From: Tubiluchus corallicola
Lineage: Eukaryota > Animalia > Priapulida
DNA: 64,000 nt
Assembly: GCA_030141605.1 (NCBI GenBank)
Contig: JAQGDQ010000317.1
Span: 124,001-188,000, forward strand
Direction: 5' to 3'
Made by a program: the position numbers and the translations under genes. The notes under the pieces were generated by a model. That model was not told where the DNA came from, ran no database searches, and saw only the letters and a program-made list of their open reading frames with translations. Within the stretch, counting starts at the first letter, position 1; each line of letters begins with the position of its first letter. This document shows positions 1-14,000 of the stretch, in pieces.

Positions 1-375
1 TCAGCCAGTGAATTGTTTATAGCAAAATTAGGCATTGCAAAAGTAAATAAGCTGTAAATGCTAATTACTTTGTGATAAGAGCATGCAGCAAATTGTTTCA
101 ATTCCTGCTAAATTTTGCTTTAATTTTTGTTTTTGCAAATATTTAAAAGACCTCTGCAGTTACAGGTGTGCTTACTTTTCAAGTTCAGTAAAAGGACAAA
201 GTTAAAGCTTCCCCAAGTAGTAAAATCTCTATGCTCTAGATTCCCTACAGAAATCAGACTTCATCCAAGATGCATCTAGAGAGTAGAAACCTTTACTTCT
301 CTTACTGCCCGAAATAAAGCTTCATCCAAGATGTGTCTAGAGTACAGACCTTTACCGACCTTTACCGACCTTTAC

Positions 376-507
376 CTCTCTTGTTGCTTCATTAAATATG
401 AATATTTTGGGTTTAGCCCGATGCGATGCTATGGCCAGTATTAAATAGCCCAGGAATTCCAAGAACTGCGTGTATACAACACTATCCCAAACTTGCAAGC
501 ATTGCAT
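376..507 (-). CDS. Possible coding exon of a further gene running off the left edge
   Basis: Acceptor tttacag at 556-562, ATG at 507, open frame MQCLQVWDSVVYTQFLEFLGYLILAIASHRAKPKIFIFNEATRE, then donor GAG|gtaaag. No family recognised. Confidence 0.25.
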
Positions 508-2078
508 CTCTTCATCCGGAGTTAATTCATGAAATAACAAGTCATTCCATTAGATCTGTAAACATAAACTGGTGAATGCTACCTGATTGACATCGTCAGT
601 AGTCAGTAACAGTGGCTCATACTTTAGTTGACAAAATACATGAAGTTCTTTTTTTATTTTAGTGAAACAACAGCTTAGAACATCTTGGTCTGTCATTGTC
701 ACTAGATGCACTGCTAATGATAAAATGAAAATAATACAATTAGGACGCTATTTGTATCTTACGATGCTACACTTTTATACAACTATCATGAAAACCTCCA
801 TACAGTAGTAGTCAAAATTTATTTTTCTCCCAAAGTTTCATAAATCACATTATCTGTAAAATTGCAATAATCTTTTATCAATTAACAAGTCAATAAAATT
901 TCTGAAAATATGCTCAGTAATCTGAAAATAGAAGAAATCCGACAAAATCAATTTCATGGAGCTTCTAAACAGAATACAGTGTTACTAATATAAGAAAACA
1001 TGCTACATTATCATATAGATAAGAATAATAAACATAGCTGCCATAATGCTAACAATCTAAAATATTAAGTACATTTATCATCATTCTAAATTTAACAAAG
1101 GATTATTTAGTAAAGAAATAAATAAACGCCAAGCAGGTTTAATAACTAAATACTACATTTTTTCAAATTACTATTGTACACACTAGTTAAAATTTACATG
1201 AAGCAATTTTTATTTCTAAAATTTGACAATTAGTAAAATATATCTGCCTTGGTGACACATTTGCAGCATTTTCTGGTAATATTGTACATCATAATTTACA
1301 TTAACTGCAAAATTTGTAACAGTTGTTTGAACACTTGTAATAAACTACAAATCTTGCATATCTCTTGAAGCATAATTCTGGCACATTCTTGCACCAATTT
1401 TCACAACCTCATCAATGGTGACATCTACCCATACACGACTGAAGTTATACATTTTCTAAAATATTCAATCATCCTGTTGTTATTTCAGCTTCACGACATG
1501 GTACGGTTTCATTCCATTTCAAATTTCAGTTACAATTATTACAGTCCCCTAGTTTTTAAAATTGTTTAACTTTCAACTGAAACAGAATGTTGTAATGGTG
1601 ACTTTTCAGTTGCGGATCGGCTAAGCTGTTACAAAGTGTAAGAAGTAGTGTAAATGCTAGAATTTATATTTTACTCCAAATTAATAAACACCTACTAGAG
1701 CTAATAAAAATTAAATGCATAGTTTTTACACTAGGGTACAGTACTGATTCATAACAAATAGTAATATGTCTAACCACAAATATATGCTGTTCTTAAGTAG
1801 TCAACAATCATTAGGCATTTCTGCACTTGGACGCTAATTCGATGTGGAACATGGGACGGAAGAAATTTGTCTACACACTATTAGAAAAACAAACATTTAA
1901 GGCACCAAATGCTTTTTTGTTGGACGGCATAATAAAGAATGAAAAAACTTTTTGGAGTTAATTTTATCACTCAACAGTTGAGAGGAAGGCTGCAAGGTGG
2001 GAGTGCTGCCTTCATCTGGTTCCCCAACTGCATCAACCAGTTTGAGGTACAATAATTTTATTTTTTTATTATTGTTCT

Positions 2079-5000
2079 TCATGCTCTCATAGCTTCTTCT
2101 AGAAACTGCAAAACAAACAAAAAATTAGTTACTTTGTGAGGTACTGATTAGCAAAGCTGTCTCTAGAATACTGATTCGAATATCAGTGAAAAAGCAGCAT
2201 TTCGGGTTATTTCCTTCACTAATAATTCTTGTTAAAGTCAGGCTCATCTAATTTATACATATCTGTGTGTTGCCATTATCATTTCAATAATAAAATCTAT
2301 TAGCACACCTAACCCTAACTGAAGATTCTACACAAACTGCAATAACACTTTCACAGAGATGTATTATAGACATGGGAGTCCGCGCAGGAGCAAATGCACG
2401 GAAAGGACATTTAAACTTAACAATTTCATTTTTACATAAATAACTTACCTCACGTAAAGTAAATGTCATTCGTCCATTGCTACCTCCTTTGGTTTTAAAT
2501 GCATCTACAACATAATATTGCAGTGCAAAGATCAAGAAAAATCAATTATTTAAAAAAGTTAGACAAATATAAGTTTTCAGAAGTTTACCTTAACTGCAGA
2601 ATATTATTAATGTGACTTGCACTTTCTAGCATTTTCCACACACAACATCATTACACCAGCACACAATATAATCAGTAAAAACTCAACTCAATGGAAACAA
2701 GCAATTATTCAAAATACTTACTATTTAAGATGCGTAATCTTACAGCACACTGGATAAATGCATCATATGATATCTGCTGCTTATTGTCAGCATAGCGAAA
2801 TACTAGATTTGTTAATGTGTTAGTAGTCAAATGATAACCTAGAAACAAAAAATATTATCTGCAAAAATATCATAAATACTATATATAACTTTTTAAGACT
2901 GCAATTGTTCTGTTTTTTAAATGTAGTATTTATCTAAAATGAATTATGCATGGTAATTATTAGAATCTGTAAAAAACTTATTGTATTTTCGTTTATTTGA
3001 CTAAAACATATTAAACAAATATATGTACTTATCAATATCCCAAAAATTGGGGCATACATTGCAGAATGTTGCCAGCAGACAAGTGTAAGAGTGGAACATT
3101 TTGTGACATTCTTATAACTGAAGTGGGAAAACTGCATGTATTATAGTTCAAGAATAATCTGGTAATTTGAGGTTCAGATGTGCTAGCAACGTACCTAAAC
3201 TTTGTAAGGCTAACTTTAACTCATATGATGCTATACTGCCAGAACTATTAGTGTCTTGCGTGGTAAACACAGTCTAGAAAAAGAAAAAGATTAAGGATAA
3301 AAGTTATAAAAGGTTAAAACCTTGGATTTCTTTTAAGTAATGACAGACAAAACAGATTCGGTAGTATAAAATATTTTGATCAAGGCAGATCCTGTAAGAA
3401 TGTATCATTAGTGTCAACTATTGCTAATTTGAATTTAAATTAAAAGAAAAATGAGCCATTTCAACAAACAACATTTTTTGCTCTAGAACGAGTAAAAGAA
3501 TTTCAATCTCACATACCTTCCACAATTTCAGGTAGCTCCACAATAAACGAAATTCTTGATACCCCAGTTTTCCAGAACCATTTTTCTGTCAATAGCTAAG
3601 GATTCATTTAAAAACAATCCTTAATTATATTTTATAATTGCAGTAAATTTCTTATTCATGCTCAAAACTCTATGTAAAAATGCATGACAAGAAATGCATA
3701 AATGACCATACAAAAATATGGCAAAGATACATTTTCACTTATTGGTAGAAAATTTTAATGGAAAAACAATTGCATTAAGCAAGCCTCACACCAAAAATTT
3801 ATAATGACAACAAAATGTTTACAAATAACAGCTGCTTAGTAATATGGCTATGCGGATTTCTGAACTAATAACAGTCGGTATTTTTTATTAAGCTTGGTAA
3901 TTTATTACAATTAATGGGGATTGCCCTACAAATGCAAAACTTTTACAGAAAGGATACATCAAAAAAGGAGACCATTAGTTTACACGTGCCTTCTCCCAGC
4001 TTCTGTTGTAATATGTGGGTCATCACTTGATGCAACTCATATGCATCAACTACCATGTCCTGAAATGCAAACACAGGCCAAATTAATTTTAATAACACAG
4101 TAAGCTCTAGTCGTCCTTTATTTTGTGGTGCACTCGTGATCGTGGTGTAGTGTTGTGCTAGTTACAACAGATAATGATAGAAGTCGACAAAAATGCTTTG
4201 AACTGCAGGTTATTATCTCTGTTATTTTAAACGTTTGTTTATTTCAAAGTTAAAGAACCTTTTTGAGTTTTCAGTCCAGAACACAACACTGTGACGGTGA
4301 ATTTACTTTCCACTATGCCAAACCCAAAACGTAATACTATAATGAATTGTTTCCAGTGAGCGAAACATGTGCCAAAACTCAGAGGCAGTTTAGAAGTTTG
4401 CCTCTCTTACAAGCCTAGCATCAGTGTTAGTCTGAGAGAGAGTGCCAGTCAGTCTACTCTGCTCCCTGAAGCCACTATGCCTGACTAAATCAGGAAATAA
4501 GAAAATTCTAGTTTGTGCCAGCTAATTTCTAGTTTGTCTCAGTTGTGTAGCCCAGTGCCGGGCAGCGTTGTCCCACTGAGGTATGCACACAGGACTGCAG
4601 GAAAAAGCGTAAAACTGACATACACAAAATTATTCAAAATAACCCTACAGCACTGCAACACAAAAGTCAGTATAGCTAATTAAGTTATCTCACCTCGCCG
4701 GAATGTTCATAGAAAAATTTACGAAGTGATTCATCCAGTGGTCTGTCAGGAGCGGAAGGTGTGGGGGTGGGTGGTTGTGGCACAGTGGCCGAACTGTCAA
4801 GCCTGTCATCAGCACTTCTGGAAGAAAGATTATACTTCACTTTAGTTCTAAATCCACAATAACAAAATGTAATCCAATATAGAGATAATTTTTAAGTGCA
4901 ACTTTTTTATGTAGTTCAGCCCAGTGCAAGGCAAGAACATGGCAGCGGCAGGACCAGAAACTAGCTAATTATCAAGGGTAGTCCTCTAAAATTATATAAT

Positions 5001-8000
5001 GAAGCGAAATCTAAAGTAGAATAAAAATGTATCACAAATGATACAAGAAAAAAATCATTATTTATTCTTAAAATTTGTGTAATTTTGTGCAAGTTACCTA
5101 TGACAACACACGAAACAGAATGTATATTAATTTAGGCATCTCTTTAGTATTGACTCTAAATATTTAAGTAGTAAATATTAAGTATTTTTGAGGAAAAAAT
5201 AACCCCAGAGCCACTGGTCAATACTTTTGTGTAAATTGGTCTATGCCTGTGCCTGTTTTCGGAATCAGAATGAGGCAAATAAACAAAGTTTTTAGGTCAA
5301 AATAACTTAGACAAGTTGATTATATACCATTCATTTTAAAATTTACATAATACTTTGAAATAAGCTTGCATAAGTTCAACACTTCCTTCATGATACCCTG
5401 TAGAAGAAAATAAAACTGCCTACTCTGAATAATTTTCTGCTTCACTAAACACACGAATCATAAAATCTGCCTCCTCATTTGGATCCCAAGTAGTCGGCAC
5501 AACAACATACGTTCCAGGGAAAAGCACAAGCCGCTTTATCACAGACCTAAAAAGTAATTAAACAATGCACAGAATTTAAATTTATGCAAGTAACAAAATT
5601 ACTGACCAAAACTGGGTGAGGCCAGACACATAATCAGATGAACATCCGACTGGCTGAAGTAACTGAATTACACTAAAAGCTGCGCATAGAGTATTGCATT
5701 TAATACTTGTACAGCAAAGGAAAGGAATCGGCTACCGAAATTATCAAATCATAGCAAACTAATACTGGTATACTTGCTGAATACAAAATCAAGTCATGCT
5801 GATAATAATTAACCACTACAATAACGATATGAAAAACTGTTTATGTTTTAAACTTACTTGCAACTCCCTGTGATTGACATTTACTAACAAAGATGGAAAA
5901 AATAAAACAAAAAGAAAAACCTGTAGAGACCATGTAAATTCTGACATACCTCTGATTTATATAGTAATCGCATGCTGCTACCCAACGATTATAGTCAAAG
6001 TAGTGTTTAGGCAATGGTACATGATAATCACTCTTAAGCTGAAGTAAAACATAATTATTATAAGAATGCCTGGTATTTTACAAATAAAAATGTGGTAAAA
6101 TTCTTCTATGTTTGATGTTCTGCAATCAAAATATTTAAACCACAAAATTCAAGTCTAAAACAAAAACGAAAAGCAACATTTTAAACTATGTAATGTTCCT
6201 ACGAATAATCCTACCTCATAAACAACAAAACCAACAGTTAAGTTAGATGCTCCGGCGTGTCTCATCTTTCGTCGATCTTTCTGCATCAGCTCAATTACAA
6301 AACTCGCTCTACCATCTTCATCTTCATCAGAATCCTTTACATTCACAAGAAACTGTGGATTCGTCCAAAACGTTTCTGGACAAAGTAAAATGACAAATTT
6401 CACATGCAGCAAGTCTCATTATATTCTCTTGTAAATTGTTTTAGCAGCTTGCATTAAAATGCTTGTTTTCATATGGCAAAAAATGATCCAAATTGACATA
6501 AAAATAGCAAATTACCCATTTCAACACAACAATTATGAGAGAGTGTTAACAATTAAGATTTCTAACGTGCTAATTTCTCTACCAAGAGTATGAGTATGGC
6601 CTAGTTACATGTATGGTAAAGAAAGCAACTTAATATTGCCACTTGCATAGCAGCAACAAAAAATAAGTAAAACAAAAATTAATTTCCTATTAGTTACATG
6701 ATGGTAAACAGTGCAATTTTCTACTGACGTGTGCACAGCAGCAACGAAAAAGCAAGTAAAACAAAAACAACATCCTCTACCTCAATTTGATCCAGCACTT
6801 TAAAGACACTAGTTGACTACTTCTCACTCACCTCTATGTTTAGGTCTGCCACCCGCAGAAAAACCCCGCCTCCAGCGAGAATGTAGCTCACTCACTTTCC
6901 ACGTTCGTGGCGGATCTATCAAGGCATCAGCGGTTAAGTTACAAATGGTCAGCTCATCAAAATGTTTTACAAAATCGTGAAAATCCATCCTGTAAAATAC
7001 CATTTCAAGCTAAATACAAGAAGCGCATAGATAATAACTGTAAATAACATAAAGAATGAATTTACTGCAATGCTAGTCTGTAAAAACAATTACACTTAAA
7101 ATTATCATTACTGTGAATGCTAACGAACCTACCAAAATTCACCATCATCTCTTCTAACTAAACCCATATCTGCTCTATCTTCTGGTGGTATACTATTCCA
7201 CTCTGGTGATCTAAAAACAGCAGTTAGTGATAAAAGTTCAAAGAATAACAAATTATAAAAGAGCATCCAGGCTACAATGCCGGATGGCTTAATTCAATGA
7301 TAGCGTGCTCGCTTCCCACCCGGGAGGTTGCGGAATCAACGCCCATCCGAGTCATACCAGACATAAGAAATGGTACTTAAAAACTTAAAAAAAGTTTATC
7401 GAAGTAACATGCGGGTAATAATAATTGGGACCACCTTGGAAATAAGTATTGAGTTACTTAAGGTGTTATCCCTGGACTATGTCCTAAACAAAATTATTAT
7501 TACTATTATTAATATTATTGTAATGCATCAATAGTGTCTCAAACAAAGTCAGTACAAAATGGTTTGTTCTGAAGACCTACAACATAAGAAAGAACACACA
7601 CATGCCCACCCACGTGCTCTCACACACAAATGTGTGAAGCACACACACGCACGCGTGGGAGGAAAAGTTAATTGATGTGAAGTCATATTGTGTACTTAGC
7701 GAACGAAGTTGAGCAACCCCCGAGTCTGGTCAGCAAATGCTCCGAGACCATTTCAAATGCCATACTTTGCTATTTACCCAAACTACCATCTTGAAAAATA
7801 ATGTATAAACATTGCTGTTTTGATAACAAACACGGCTAAAGTCTCTAGTGGGTGAGTTAGTATCTCATCTCAGAGAATCATCCATGTTATTGAGATATGA
7901 GCTGGGCCTGTCACAATCATCTACATTAAATAGTCCCTGTACAAAAAAACATTGATGTGACACATCAGTGAATGTGAATACTGAAAATTGTTTAAAAACT

Positions 8001-11000
8001 ATGCATATGAATGTATTATTTCAGTTATCTAATTTACTCATAGAAGTCTTCACAGTATTCACTTTTCGGCTTTTTTTGTATTATCCTATGCAAATGTTTT
8101 AGCCTAAATGACATTCACTGAAATTAGAAGATACTGGAACTTTTACAAGAGACTAAATTTTCTTTCCAGATTATCACTTACCTGTCACTCCATGGTCCCT
8201 TCCATTCCACATGTGATCCCCAGGGATTACGGATCCGGATCAAGCTAATGTTTTCCTCACCTTGGTCTGAGATGAGACGTATTTGCTTCAAATCTGTTAC
8301 ACTGTAAGCATGTGCTGTCGCCAGTCCACTAGGAAGAATGATATCATCACTTGTTCCCTAAAGTAAAAACAATTCTGATTGAAAGGTGCAAAAGCATCTT
8401 TTGATTTTGTTTTACTAATGTACTGTTTTGCATCCAAATCAGTGTGTTCTTAAGCAGGTGTTTACTTTCTGCCTTCCAAGTGGTGTGGTTAACATCCAAG
8501 TTTCGGATTTAATAAAACATTTATAGAGCTATGGAATGATCACTCACTGTATTAATTGGTGTTCCTTATTTTTTGCAGGCATTCTTTAAAATAATGTTTT
8601 GAAGTTACTAAAACAATTATTTAAATATAGGTTATTTAATGTTTTCCTGCTATCATGAAGCAAATTACAGAAGCTACTTACCTAGAAGAAATAGATAGGG
8701 GTGAGCATCGAACGTTCGAATCGAATTCGAAAGCGTTTTTTTAGTTCAAATTCAATTCGAACTAAAATTATAGATTTGAATAATTCAACACTTCAACCAC
8801 ATATGTTCTTTATCATTAAAACATTTGAAACAGCATGCAATTAGCACAATTTAGCTGCGATTTCTGTGCACAATTTTTAAACAAATCATTACTGCAGAAT
8901 AAAACAGAGTAATATGCATTATCTTTGTAAGACTGCTTTTTACTGGTATTTCGAAAATTTGTCCAAAAATCTTTAAAATTCGATTCGAATTTGATGCGAA
9001 TTCGTTTTCTGGTAGAGAATACTCACCCCTAGAAATAAATCAAACTTTCTTAGTTGATACTTATCATGATTTTAGAACTGTTAAAATACCATTTTATACT
9101 TATCATTTGTAATAACAGTAGTAACTAATGAATTAACGAATGTACACTTCTTACTCGTATTGAACAAGCAATTAAAGAACTTCTGTCCATAGCTTTAAAC
9201 AACAAGTTAACAAGATTGTGTGGCACTTTTTCTAAAACATATTCTTCAACTAAGCCACCAGTGAAATCCGTCAGTGCATCTGCAGCCCGGCCACCCTTTA
9301 ACGATTCATAAGAACCATGCAACCTGGAAAAAAAATTATGAAAAATATAACATTTTTGTCACTTGCAATAAGCACTTAATGCAATTTTCTGAGCATTTAC
9401 AAAACATTATTGAACTTTAACAAGTGCAGCTGGCAAACCACTGGCATAGCAATACTTGTTCTTGCAGGATACTTGCCTTGCAGTTAGATCAAATGCACTA
9501 GAATTCTGTCTGCCAAATGTCTATAAATGTATAAGGCATTCGATGATCAGTTTACACCTATAAAACTGTACAGTGAATTGCAGCAAGTCACACAAGGCTT
9601 GCACACACATATGCTACCTTGATAACACTACAAGCTGCATATACACTGAATTCCTACTAAGTTAGACATCTTTTATGAAAACACTGTCGTTTATTTATAA
9701 TAAAATGTACTCCATGTTTGAACTGTTCATAAACTGGAAAGTAAGAATTGACATAAACTATTGTTAATGAAAACACCTGCATAACTTCTTAATGTTAGTT
9801 CAACAGCTGCAATGCAGAAGAGGCTTTCATGTAACGTACAATGTGACAACATATATACAGAGACTGCAAAGCTCAAATCAAGTACAGAGAAAACGAGTTT
9901 TGCTTGGTATGCTTTCATTGCAGTTGCAGGCAGCTCGGACACACAAAGTATTCAAAGTAAAATTACACATGTTTCTTCTCCCCTTTATAAATGACTTAAA
10001 ACTTCCCTGGCTACAATTATCATTGACTACAAGCCAAAACTGGAAAGCCATACCACTGTCTTTATCTATAGCAGAAATTGGCCATACTTACTGACTTATT
10101 GTCACAAACAACAATAATGCCATCAACAAAGAGAAAATAAATGTACATACTTGGCATACGCTTTCTCGAGTAAGCTGCCCCAAAACTCTGAAGGGTCATT
10201 GGAATGTACAAACATTGGTCTTCCCCTGTAAGTTGGCAAACGGTCATCTACTATCACCTCTTCCCATCGTCCAAATCTCCAAAAATGAAATCTAGAATAC
10301 GTTAGAACAGTAATTACAGTATATTACAACGGTATACCCTGTTATGGAAATGAAAAACTTTCAAAATAAATAAAAAATGCAGCCTGCACCATATAAAGTA
10401 TCATAACTATGTATCTCTGGTTAGATTCAGGTGCAGACATACTCAAAGGCTATTTTAACTAGAAAGGTATTTTGTACATTGACATGGATCGTGATTTTTA
10501 TTTACAGTTATATAAATATCTTTGAAGAAATACAGCCATTGTCATATGGTGTGGCTTTACATTTAAACCTTTATCAGGCCAGCTGTGGTCTGATATCTCA
10601 TTAATAAGTCATGATTCGTTCGGCTTGCCATTGTTTATCAATCACCTGCACTACAGTGGTAGGCACATTACAACATGAGCATGTTGTGTTGTCATACTTA
10701 GATCGCTAAAAAACTGTAAAAAAATTTCAATTTGCTCTGAATGGCCTTGCCCTGAATGGTTCTGAATTCACAAGTTACGAGAATAACTCATACACTACAC
10801 CAGCATGAAGATGGATTACTTCCAGCTGAGAAAAATTGGCAACAGGCAAAACTTGTTGACAGTTAGACAGACAGAATCACTTCGTAGGGGCAACTCTAAT
10901 CACTGTTTATTAGGAAACTGCTAGGCAAGTGATTAAATGTTTAGCTTCCAGAAATTCTTTGGGCAACAGTGGGCGAGCGGGTAACAGATTCAAAGCAAAA

Positions 11001-14000
11001 CCACTACGCTAGCGTATTAGCGCATGAAAAACGTACCTGCTTGCAAACAAAACGGTACTTAACATGATTGTTTCTATATATGTAATGCACAAAAGGGAAG
11101 TAAAGATGACACAAAAGCAGGAAAGGCTGTTTGAGCACATACAAATGTCTTATTCTAAGTATGTGAAGGAAAAATATTGAGTCAATTAAGCGAAGTTATT
11201 TGAGTCAATTACCAATAGTTTTTATGTATATTTGAATAAAAGAGGCCCGTTCCAGGTGTTTTTGGGTCTATTAAGGGACTGAGTCTATTAACTGCGAGTC
11301 TATTAAGCAGCGACTACTGTATTATGGATACACAATATGTAACAATTTCATGTCACATGTTCAAAACAGCTGCCATTTCAGAAAAACCCATGCTAAATCC
11401 AACAAATTAACTTAACTTTTTTATGTTAACATATTCTAACACAATTCTCCCTTTATTTGTGACTACTAGTTTAGCAGCATTCATAGACAAATTTTCTCCT
11501 TTAAAATGAATGACTTGGGCTGCAAAGTACTTTACACGTTATCACACATTTTTGAATTGAAAAACAAAAAAGCTTAATTTATCTGGGGTGCCGTAAAATC
11601 CACGAAATGTGGCATTACACATAAATGCGTAACACACATGCGTTCCATAGAACAGACAGACAATTCACTATAGTGCTGCTCCAATTAATCAGATTTATCG
11701 AAAGTCAGTCCACCGTGACGTTTGACTAAGTGCTCGATCATAAAGTTACATGATGGATGACTGCTTAATAAGGTAATAGTAAAAATTTGCATACGTTATT
11801 ACTCCTCTCTGCCCTTTGTTTAGTGTGGTATAAAAAATATATATCGTCAGTTAGAGGTAAAATTAGAGGCGTGTTAAAGGTTCGGTTCACCTTAGGAATG
11901 TATGCTAAAGCGGGAAAATGTAGAAGTCTGGTTTTCAGCTCGAAGTTTTTTGATCTTCAGAGTTCATTATCCAAAGAATAAAATGGTAATTAATTTCCTC
12001 GTTGGTACACTTTTAACAAAGGTGCTACGTTGCAGGTGTGAAAATTAAACCCGGTGCCAAACAATCTGCGCATAGCAAAGCTACGCAATCGGCAGGAATT
12101 AAAATATTTTGTATGGTAACTTTTATTTAATTATAGCAGTACTTCACCTTATCTTCTACTTAGTAAACACGCCTTTAACAAAGCAAGTAAAAATGGTAAA
12201 AACTTCACTACAATCGTCAGTGCGTTAACACTGCAATGCGTTAACAAAATATTCATGCAAAAACAAGTCGAAAAGAAAGAACCATTTGTGGGTAGACAAG
12301 ACAGGCTGTAATTGTTAAAAGAAAAAAGGCTAACAGAAAAAATACCTTGGAGTACATTTTAAGTAACTATCTAGATAAATGCTTTAATTGGTATCCGATA
12401 AAATTATCAAAAAAATTTAAACTTGTTTACCATTCACAATTGTGTTTAATAGCTCTAGCCCCGTAATTAATTCGATTCTCTGCTAAGTGGCTAAACGTTA
12501 ACGCTATCTTCCCAACATCCCAGTCATACACTCTTAGCTGATTTAATACAGGCAGATAACTACAGGAACTTTAACACACGCACTTTATCAGCTTTACGTA
12601 CTTAATGTCGTATACTTTCGCTGTGTTATCAACGTTATTGCTAGAGCGATTCGTGTGCTTGTTCGCAGTTAATTTCACCTTTACTGTGAGTACCGGGAGT
12701 GAGAATGAAAATACACGTCATATATCACATCATATTGTGCTTGTAAAAACAAAAGCCGTTTGTTGTGGTTAATCACTTGTTAGTTTCTGGTCGGTTTAGT
12801 TAATCATCATATAAATTAGGACAAATTATGACTTATTTTTGGTTGATTGCATATTACTACCTGTGACCTTGCAAACTACCCAAGAGCGCTTGCGTGAACT
12901 GACATTCGATACTGAATTGCTGTAGATTCAGTCAGTTTTAGGAATGTGATCTTCAGTTCAGTTTTCCCGAAACATAAATTCTGCCTTCAACACACCTCTA
13001 GGTAAACCAACATAGAAGATAAAATAACAGTTAGAAGTTTCACGTTCTTATTTTATACTGAAGCAATATTATGAAACTTTACGATCAATCATTGAAGGTT
13101 TATGAATTATCGTAGAAATGAGACTGATTCCCAACACTAATTCACAAACTAAAGAACAATGTCAAGTTCCATACCTAAATATTCCAGCATAAAAGTGATC
13201 GCTGAAATTTTGGTCAGGCGGTGCAACTCTGTATAGCAGAGACCTGTCATCTGAGAGTGAAGCAGCTGCAGCAACAACCCAGCAGTCACCTAAAACATGC
13301 AATGAATGCTTATCAGTATTTATATATAACAATGACAATCAAATGAAATCAAGTTTTTTGCAATCCACTGCAATATAAATTGTACAAGCTTAATTTGACT
13401 ACACAAATGTAATATATACACCAGAATGTGCCAAGGCTAATGTAACACATCTCAGTAAGTATACACAAAGACACAAAGAGAGTCCACTACTGTTTTGCAC
13501 TAGTGACTAGAACTATAATAGGAAGCAATATGAGTTAAAAGGTGTTTTATAGCAAACAAATTGTAAATTAGAGACCTAGTTCTCCTTGAATAAGATCAAA
13601 TCGTCCTCCACCATCAGCATAAAACTGAGGTCTTCTAGCCCATTGCTTGCAAATAGCCTAAAATAATGACAAAAACAAGATCAAAACTGATTGAGTCAAA
13701 TTTGAATAAGCAGAAAACACAGGAGAATTCTCAAGCTTGTGCAGTTGCAGTTGCTTGTGCAGTGCAACAACAGAGGTGAAAAACGGATAGCTCTAGTGTT
13801 GTCATCTGCCCAAGTCTCTAGTTTAAAAATCAGTAAAAAAAGAACAAAGTTTTCAAAATGGCAGCAAGACAACAGCTTATAAATAATGCATCTTTTATTA
13901 TGTTCATTATCTGGTTGCTTCACTAATTTTTTTGAAGTATTAGTAGCATTCGAGATTTGTTTCAATTGACTAGATTGTTTAAATGCATTATTCAGTACTA

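Noticed and set aside
3983-3995. Possible GC-AG donor (AAG|gcacgt) in calpain exon 13
   Set aside because: The frame continues as [11 protein letters not shown], homologous to ETCRSMVAMMD, up to the U12 donor at 3957.
6600-6780. Imperfect tandem duplication of about 90 bp
   Set aside because: Ordinary intronic duplication with only two units; not CRISPR-like.
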